This document shows positions 57,764 through 64,000 of a stretch of DNA of 64,000 nt, one piece after another. The position numbers and the translations under genes were made by a program. Source of the DNA: Candidatus Woesearchaeota archaeon. GTDB lineage: Archaea; Nanobdellota; Nanobdellia; Woesearchaeales; JAFCFN01. The first letter of the stretch is position 1; every line of letters begins with the position of its first letter. Under the pieces are notes generated by a model. The model saw only the letters and a list, made by a program, of their open reading frames with translations. It was not told the origin of the DNA and searched no databases. The stretch covers positions 3,068 to 67,067 of the forward strand of contig JAFCFN010000003.1 in NCBI GenBank assembly GCA_017608625.1, given 5' to 3'.

Positions 57764-59092
57764 ATGAGACTTAACTGTAGCCAAACTAACTTAGGAATAA
57801 AGATAAATACTAAGAATAAAAATTTTCATCTTATTTATCCGGATAAAATTTGGAAAAATTTCCCTTCTAAAGATTTTCTATTTGATAACTTAGTTTACTT
57901 ATTGACAATTTCTATGCCTTTAGTTTCAAATATTAAAAAAGTAGAGTACAATACAGCTGTACATTATTTTAAATCAGAATTTTATAAAGGAATCTTAGCA
58001 GAGATACCTTCATCAGCAGATGACTATAATGTCTCTGCAAGGAAAATAATTAATAAATTTAAATCACTTAAAATAAAATTCAAAGACAATAAAGTAAAAA
58101 AACCTAAAAAAATAAATATTGACTTGAATGAAAGAACAACAATACCGTTTTCATGCGGCAAAGATTCTCTTTTGACTTTAGCAGTTGCACATGAACTTAA
58201 TTTAGATCCTGTACTCATGTATATTAATGACACTGTTTCTCCTTCTGAAAACAAAATAAAAATCAGATATACTAAAAAAATTTCTAAGAAGTTTCATCTT
58301 ACCTATTATATTGTTAGAAACGAGTTAGAAAAACTTAATGATTTCGAATTTTGGAATAAGCCAGAAACAACATTGGGTTATTCTCATATGATACCTTCTT
58401 TTGTATTTATTTCTTTACCAATCATATACAAACATAAAACTAAATATCTCTTTCTTGGCAATGAACAAAGTTTGAATGTTTCATTTAAAACAAAGGAAGG
58501 TTTTAGGGTTTTTCCATCTCCAGATCAAACACCAAAAGGAACAATCAAATTAAATAAACTAATCCACCACATAATGCCAAAAGTTCATTTAGGATCTTTA
58601 ATAGAACCATTAACGAATCTGGCTACAATGAAAATATTACATACGAGATATAAAGAATTTGGAAAATATCAGATTTCTTGCGACTGTCTTGATGCAAGCT
58701 CCCAACCTAGATGGTGTCAGAATAATTCTATGTGTGCAGATATGTATCTGTATATGAAAGCAAATAATCTAGATCCAAGAACTGTTCAACTAACAAAAAA
58801 TATGTTCAATAAAAGATTCCTAAAACACTATGCTTTATTTAGTAAGGCGGTGGATAGATATGATAAAGCTCCTCACGCAAGAGATCAACAGTTATTTGCA
58901 TTTTATTTAGCATACAGAAATGGAGCAAAAGGTTATGCTATAGAGAAATTCAAGAAAAAGTTTCTTAAAGAAGCTCAGGAAAGGGAAGATCAACTCCATA
59001 AGAAATTCTTCAAAATTTACCCAGCTCTTACTTTAACACCAAAACTAAGAAAAGCAGTGTATTCAATCTATAAAGAAGAGCTGAATGCGTAA
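57764..59092 (+). CDS. PP-loop (adenine-nucleotide alpha-hydrolase) superfamily ATPase with a C-terminal Cys cluster; function unknown
   Basis: TTIPFSCGKDSLLTL matches the PP-loop SGGKDS motif. ISCDCLD...WCQNNSMC Cys cluster. 442 aa. Confidence 0.5.
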   Translation: MRLNCSQTNLGIKINTKNKNFHLIYPDKIWKNFPSKDFLFDNLVYLLTISMPLVSNIKKVEYNTAVHYFKSEFYKGILAEIPSSADDYNVSARKIINKFKSLKIKFKDNKVKKPKKINIDLNERTTIPFSCGKDSLLTLAVAHELNLDPVLMYINDTVSPSENKIKIRYTKKISKKFHLTYYIVRNELEKLNDFEFWNKPETTLGYSHMIPSFVFISLPIIYKHKTKYLFLGNEQSLNVSFKTKEGFRVFPSPDQTPKGTIKLNKLIHHIMPKVHLGSLIEPLTNLATMKILHTRYKEFGKYQISCDCLDASSQPRWCQNNSMCADMYLYMKANNLDPRTVQLTKNMFNKRFLKHYALFSKAVDRYDKAPHARDQQLFAFYLAYRNGAKGYAIEKFKKKFLKEAQEREDQLHKKFFKIYPALTLTPKLRKAVYSIYKEELNA

Positions 59093-59217
59093 AATTTAAA
59101 TATTCTTTATTTTAATCCTATTCTTATGAGCAATAAGGCTAGCAACAGAAAACTGAATGTTTGTCTAGCCAGAGCTCTGTTAGTTCTTGTAGTAGCCATT
59201 ATTGTTTTATAAAAACT

Positions 59218-59266
59218 GGCCAGACCCTCCAAATTTTTCTTTGGTCATTATTCTGAGGGTCTGGCC
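59218..59266. other. GC-rich perfect 12-bp inverted repeat (stem-loop) in an AT-rich intergenic region, upstream of a strong SD (GGAGGT)
   Basis: GGCCAGACCCTC ... GAGGGTCTGGCC with a 25-nt loop, seen directly in sequence. Confidence 0.5.
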
Positions 59267-59299
59267 TTGTTATAAACTAGTTTAAAGGAGGTTGAAAAA

Positions 59300-59542
59300 A
59301 TGGGATTGGAAAACAAGGTCATTGTTGCCGAAGAGAAATTGAATAGGCAAAAATATTTGTTCTTGTCAGAAGATGTAGTTAAAAAAGCAATAGCAATTAA
59401 AGTTTTCCCCCACAAAAACTTAATTAGATTTTATTCAAAAACAGTTAAGAATAGCACATATCTCCCAACAAATGCAATTGCAATATATTTCAAAAACAAA
59501 AAAACAGAGTATGAAATAGTTTGCAAAGAGTATATTTTATAA
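59300..59542 (+). CDS. Small hypothetical protein
   Basis: ORF preceded by AAAGGAGGT SD at -8. Confidence 0.35.
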   Translation: MGLENKVIVAEEKLNRQKYLFLSEDVVKKAIAIKVFPHKNLIRFYSKTVKNSTYLPTNAIAIYFKNKKTEYEIVCKEYIL

Positions 59543-59639
59543 TAAATTTGATCATCAATATGCACGATAAAATAAACTGTAATAAATTAACTTCATATAC
59601 CAAAAATAATTTAAATACAAAATTTAATTAATCTTTAGG

Positions 59640-62111
59640 ATGACAGACTTTAACAAAATAGAAAGAAAATGGCAAGAGGAGTGGGAGAAGAATAAGATTT
59701 TTGAAGTAAAAAAAGATCTTAATAAGAAAAAATTCTATTGTTTAGAAATGTTTCCATATCCTTCTGGTTCTGGTTTGCATATGGGACACGCTTTAAACTA
59801 CACAATTGGAGATATTTATGCAAGATTTAAAAGAATGCAAGGATTTAATGTTCTTTATCCTATGGGTTATGATTCCTTTGGTTTACCAGCAGAAAATGCA
59901 GCAATTAAAGCCAAAAAGCATCCTAAGATATTTACGAATGCCTCAATAAATAATTTCATAAAACAACAAAAAAGTCTTGGTTTAAGTTATGATTGGAGCA
60001 GGATAATATCTACATGCACTCCTGAATATTATAAATGGAATCAATATTTCTTTTTAAAGTTTTTAGAAAAGGGATTAGTATACAGAAAAAAAGCTGCAGT
60101 TAACTGGTGCCCTAAATGCAATACTGTTTTAGCAAATGAACAAGTTCATGATGGCAAATGCTGGAGACATAAAGATACTGATGTAGAGATAAAACATTTA
60201 GAACAGTGGTTTATTAAAACTACAAAATATGCTGAAGAGCTTCTTGAAGATATCCAAAAATTAGAATGGCCAGAAAGAATTAAAGTAATGCAACAAAATT
60301 GGATTGGAAAAAGTTATGGAACAGAAATTTATTTTGAAATTATCAAACCAGATGGCAAGAAAGAAAAATGGCCGATTTTTACAACTCGTCCTGATACAAT
60401 TTATGGAGTCACTTTCATGGTTATCTCTGCACAACATCCTCGTTTGATGGAGCTTGTGACAGACGAACAAAAAGAAGAAGTTGAAAAATTCTTGAAAAAG
60501 TTAAAATCAACAAGTGCAAAAGACATAGAAACATTAGAAAAAGAAGGTGCATTTACAGGTTCTTATGCTATTAATCCATTAACAAATGAAAAAGTCCCAA
60601 TCCATGTTGGAAACTTTGTAGTTGCAGAATATGGATCTGGAATGGTGATGGCAGTTCCTGCCCATGATCAAAGAGATTTCGAATTCGCAAAAAAATATAA
60701 TATTCCAATTAAAGTTGTAATTGAACCTGATGCTTATTCTCTTAATCCTAAAAAAATGGTGAGAGCATATACTCAACAAGGTCACCTAATCAATTCAGGG
60801 GGATTTACTGGAATGAACAACCTGGATGCAATAGAAGAAATAACAAAATATCTGGAAAAGAAAAAACTTGGAAAGAAAACTATCCAATATAAGTTAAAAG
60901 ATTGGTTAATTTCAAGGCAAAGATATTGGGGTACACCAATACCTGTTATCTACTGTGATAAGTGTGGTATTGTTCCTGTCCCAGAGAAAGATTTGCCAGT
61001 ATTACTTCCAGAAAAAGTTAAGTTTGGTGAAGGAAATCCCTTAGCAACAAACAAGGATTTTATTGAAACTACTTGTCCTAAATGCAAAGGAAAAGCTAGA
61101 AGGGAAACTGATACTATGGATACTTTCTTTGATAGCAGTTGGTACTTCTTAAGATATTGCGATCCTAAAAATAATGAAATACCTTTTGATAAAAACAAAG
61201 TAAAATACTGGATGCCTGTTGACCAATATATAGGAGGAGCAGAACATGCATGCATGCATTTGATATATGCTAGATTTTTTACCAAGGCTTTAAGAGACTT
61301 AGGTTTTCTAGACTTTGATGAGCCATTTAAGAGACTTTTCAATCAAGGCATGCTACATGGAGAAGATGGTTTTGTTATGAGTAAATCAAGGGGCAATGTT
61401 GTTTTACCAGAAGAGGTATCTAAAAAATATGGAATAGATACCGCAAGATTATTTTTAGTTTCTGTAGCTTCTCCTGATAAAGATGTACAATGGAGTGAAA
61501 ATGGAATAGAAGGAAGCTTGAAATTTATTAAAAAACTATTCAATTATTTTGAAAACATAAAACTAAGCAAATCAAGCGAAAGAGTTGAAAGCAAACTAAA
61601 CAAAACAATCAAAGAAGTTACAGAAGATATTGACAATTTCAGATATAATCTTGCAGTAATTAAATTAAGGAAACTATTCGAAACTTTTGAAGAAGAAATA
61701 AGCAAAGAAACTCTTGAAACATTCCTTAAACTGATGCATCCATTTTGCCCTCACATTACAGAAGAGCTTTGGCATAAACTTGGTAATACAACTTTTATTA
61801 GTCTGGAAAAATGGCCTGTTGCTGATGAAAGCAAGATTAATGAAAAATTTGAAGAACAGGAAAAAATTATTGAAAATACAGTTTCAGATATAAACAATAT
61901 TGTAAAGATAATGAGAAATAAAGGGAAAAAAGCAGAAAAAGTCTATCTTTATGTATTGCCTAATGAAATTGATATCTACAATAAACAAGAAATAGAAAAA
62001 AGAACTCAATTGGCTATTGAAATATTTTCAGTAGCTGATAAAAATAAGTATGACCCTGAAAACAAAGCAAAAAAAGCAAAGCCAAATAAACCAGCCATCT
62101 ATATAGAATAA
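59640..62111 (+). CDS. leuS: Leucyl-tRNA synthetase, bacterial-type
   Basis: MFPYPSGSGLHMGHALNYTIGD (bacterial LHMGH signature), PMGYDSFGLPAENAA, KMSKSRGN-like VMSKSRGN. 823 aa. Confidence 0.9.
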   Translation: MTDFNKIERKWQEEWEKNKIFEVKKDLNKKKFYCLEMFPYPSGSGLHMGHALNYTIGDIYARFKRMQGFNVLYPMGYDSFGLPAENAAIKAKKHPKIFTNASINNFIKQQKSLGLSYDWSRIISTCTPEYYKWNQYFFLKFLEKGLVYRKKAAVNWCPKCNTVLANEQVHDGKCWRHKDTDVEIKHLEQWFIKTTKYAEELLEDIQKLEWPERIKVMQQNWIGKSYGTEIYFEIIKPDGKKEKWPIFTTRPDTIYGVTFMVISAQHPRLMELVTDEQKEEVEKFLKKLKSTSAKDIETLEKEGAFTGSYAINPLTNEKVPIHVGNFVVAEYGSGMVMAVPAHDQRDFEFAKKYNIPIKVVIEPDAYSLNPKKMVRAYTQQGHLINSGGFTGMNNLDAIEEITKYLEKKKLGKKTIQYKLKDWLISRQRYWGTPIPVIYCDKCGIVPVPEKDLPVLLPEKVKFGEGNPLATNKDFIETTCPKCKGKARRETDTMDTFFDSSWYFLRYCDPKNNEIPFDKNKVKYWMPVDQYIGGAEHACMHLIYARFFTKALRDLGFLDFDEPFKRLFNQGMLHGEDGFVMSKSRGNVVLPEEVSKKYGIDTARLFLVSVASPDKDVQWSENGIEGSLKFIKKLFNYFENIKLSKSSERVESKLNKTIKEVTEDIDNFRYNLAVIKLRKLFETFEEEISKETLETFLKLMHPFCPHITEELWHKLGNTTFISLEKWPVADESKINEKFEEQEKIIENTVSDINNIVKIMRNKGKKAEKVYLYVLPNEIDIYNKQEIEKRTQLAIEIFSVADKNKYDPENKAKKAKPNKPAIYIE

Positions 62112-63016
62112 TGGAAAAGGTAGATTTTATTTGGATAGATGGGCAATTGCTTGAATGGGATAATGCAACAACTCATATTCTAACCCACACCCTTCATTAT
62201 GGAGCAGGTGTTTTTGAAGGCATAAGATGTTATAACACAACAAAAGGTCCAGCCATTTTCAGATTAAAGGAGCATGTTGATAGGTTATTTAATTCTGCCT
62301 CTTTATTGAAAATAAAAATTCCCTTTACAAAAGAACAAATAATCGATGCAGTAAAAGAAACAATAAAAGCAAATAATCTAAATGCTTGCTATATAAGACC
62401 TATTGTTTATTATGGCTATGGGGTTATGGGACTAAATCCAAAAGGAGCTCCTGTTAATGTTGCAATAGCGGTTTGGCCATGGGGCACTTATTTAGGTGAA
62501 GAAGGTTTAGAAAAAGGAATCAAAGTAAAAATCTCTTCTTACAAAAGAATTCCTGGAGCGTTAAACCAAGCCAAGATTTGTGGCAACTATTACAATTCAA
62601 TCCTCGCTAAATTAGAAGCATTAGAAAATGGCTATGATGAAGCACTTATGTTTGATACAAACAACTTTGTAGCAGAAGGTTCTGGAGAAAATATTTTTAT
62701 AATTAAAAATAATAAAATAATCACACCAAAATTAACTTCTGTTTTAAAAGGAATAACAAGAGATTCTATACTAAATATAGCAAAAGATCTTGGCTATGAA
62801 ACACAAGAAAAAGATATAACAAAACAAGAGCTTTTGAATGCTGATGAAGCATTCTTTACAGGGACAGCAGCAGAAGTAACACCAATAAGACAAATTGATA
62901 ATAAAATTATTGGCTTAGGTAAAAGAGGACCCATAACAGAAAAACTCCAAACAAAATTCTTTGACATTGTCAAAGGAAATGATGAAAAATATTTCAATTG
63001 GTTGGAGTTTTTATAA
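62111..63016 (+). CDS. ilvE: Branched-chain amino acid aminotransferase (PLP fold type IV)
   Basis: IWIDGQLLEWDNATTHILTHTLHYGAGVFEGIRCY...typical class IV aminotransferase blocks. Confidence 0.85.
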   Translation: MEKVDFIWIDGQLLEWDNATTHILTHTLHYGAGVFEGIRCYNTTKGPAIFRLKEHVDRLFNSASLLKIKIPFTKEQIIDAVKETIKANNLNACYIRPIVYYGYGVMGLNPKGAPVNVAIAVWPWGTYLGEEGLEKGIKVKISSYKRIPGALNQAKICGNYYNSILAKLEALENGYDEALMFDTNNFVAEGSGENIFIIKNNKIITPKLTSVLKGITRDSILNIAKDLGYETQEKDITKQELLNADEAFFTGTAAEVTPIRQIDNKIIGLGKRGPITEKLQTKFFDIVKGNDEKYFNWLEFL

Positions 63017-63244
63017 ATGCTTAAACTTAAGTTAATATACAACAATCTTACAGGCACATATATTTTAAATCCTTATACTGATTCTAGGCAGGAATTTGAT
63101 AATTTTGAACAAGTAAAAGATTATTTTTTGCAGCCAAGATTCAAAAAAAGAAAAATAAAATTAGAAACAAATTTTAAAAAAGAAGGAAAAGGAAAAGAAC
63201 TCTCAATTCTTGAAGAAATCCTTAAAAAAGCAATTATAAAATAA
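63017..63244 (+). CDS. Small hypothetical protein
   Basis: ORF only. Confidence 0.3.
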   Translation: MLKLKLIYNNLTGTYILNPYTDSRQEFDNFEQVKDYFLQPRFKKRKIKLETNFKKEGKGKELSILEEILKKAIIK

Positions 63245-63522
63245 AGTGGGCAAGCATGCCCAGAGATGGATATAATATTGCCCACCAGCTACCTTAACTC
63301 TTTCTTGATTCCGCTACCCCATAAGCATCAATTCAAATAGTTAGTGCTGCTCCATTCCTGGCCTGACACATTTCCTATAAGCATTGATCCTATGGGACAG
63401 AATCTCATAGTCCGAGTTAAGACCAGCGAGCAAAGCTTATACCTCTCTCCAGGCTTCGACCCCATGTAAAGCCCATTCATGGTTACAGGAGAGGGCTAAC
63501 CTCCCGGTCTAGCTTGCCCATG
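63245..63522 (-). ncRNA. ffs: Signal recognition particle RNA (7S/SRP RNA), minus strand
   Basis: GC-rich island. Minus-strand GTCAGGCCAGGAATGGAGCAGCACTAAC matches the conserved helix-8 motif GUCAGGUCCGGAAGGAAGCAGC. Terminal helix GGGCAAGC/GCTTGCCC. Confidence 0.7.
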
Positions 63523-63554
63523 TAAAAATAATATTTGAGCTTTTAAAAAGATTG

Positions 63555-63950
63555 CTATAATTGTTTTAAAAAATGACACATTGCATCTCTTGCTTTTTCT
63601 TTATACTCCTCAGGTACAGCTAAAATAAAAGGATTTTCAGGCAAACCTAGTTCTTTTGCATAGGCTTCAACAGTTTTTGGTCTCAACTTACTTATCTTTC
63701 TTATTTGACCGTTATGTTCTAAAACATTAAACTCATAGTTTTTCAATCGTGGTTCACTTAGTAAAACAGAATTAATTGGAAAATCTGCAATGACATACTC
63801 TTTTCTTAATCCTATTTTCTCACCAATATACTCTTCTATTTTTTCACTTCCAATATTGTCTAATTTCTTAAATTTTTCAAATGTTTCATCTTCTGCCAAT
63901 TCATAATCATACATAACATAAGCTCTTTTAAATAGATCTCTCTTCCTCAC
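63555..63950 (-). CDS. Hypothetical protein
   Basis: ORF only. Confidence 0.35.
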   Translation of the reverse strand: MRKRDLFKRAYVMYDYELAEDETFEKFKKLDNIGSEKIEEYIGEKIGLRKEYVIADFPINSVLLSEPRLKNYEFNVLEHNGQIRKISKLRPKTVEAYAKELGLPENPFILAVPEEYKEKARDAMCHFLKQL

Positions 63951-64000
63951 TCTCTCAATTAAATGTTTTGCTATTGGATTTTTGATATACCTTAATCTTT

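Noticed and set aside
59218-59266. C/D-box sRNA interpretation of the GC hairpin (CTGA precedes the 3' stem)
   Set aside because: No C box follows the 5' stem and no C'/D' boxes are present, so it is more likely a plain stem-loop.
1-64000. CRISPR arrays, cas genes, integrases, transposases or IS elements
   Set aside because: No regularly spaced direct repeats, and no ORFs with integrase (R..H..R..Y) or DDE transposase signatures were seen.

Overview
This is an AT-rich (~30% GC) archaeal window with very small intergenic spacers, most consistent with a reduced DPANN-type genome. Evidence for an archaeon: r-proteins S4e, L19e, L32e, L14e, L34e and L18e, plus RpoD/RpoN, PCNA, PriS and SUI1. A 15-kb minus-strand ribosomal super-operon (L3 through SecY, then a YidC-like DUF106 protein, L34e and L14e) spans 13.2-27.9 kb; it contains Rpp29 and aSUI1 and lacks adk/cmk. 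A plus-strand block at 53.6-57.7 kb carries S13, S4, S11, RpoD, L18e, L13, S9 and RpoN. Other housekeeping genes are PheS/PheT, a bacterial-type LeuRS, GyrA, Pelota, PCNA, RNase J, Hef, HtpX, Pta, IlvE, ScpB, NAC-alpha and Sec61-beta. I found six RNA genes by eye: RNase P RNA, an SRP RNA on the minus strand, and four tRNAs. Two of the tRNAs appear to carry multiple introns: a putative three-intron tRNA-Gly(CCC) and a two-intron tRNA-Leu(CAA). The candidate novel systems are, in order of interest: (1) a five-gene minus-strand surface locus (1-5214) with three tandem Cys-rich secreted paralogs, a membrane-anchored protein ending in a GH73-like glycan-hydrolase domain, and a pilin-like anchored protein; (2) a primase operon with a fused PriS-PriL and a co-transcribed HExxH metalloprotease-like protein next to a Toprim protein; (3) a tandem triplet of small coiled-coil paralogs; (4) a tandem pair of HEPN-like helical paralogs; (5) a PP-loop ATPase inserted into the conserved S9-RpoN cluster; and (6) short sequence motifs recurring in non-coding regions. 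No CRISPR array, integrase or transposase was seen.
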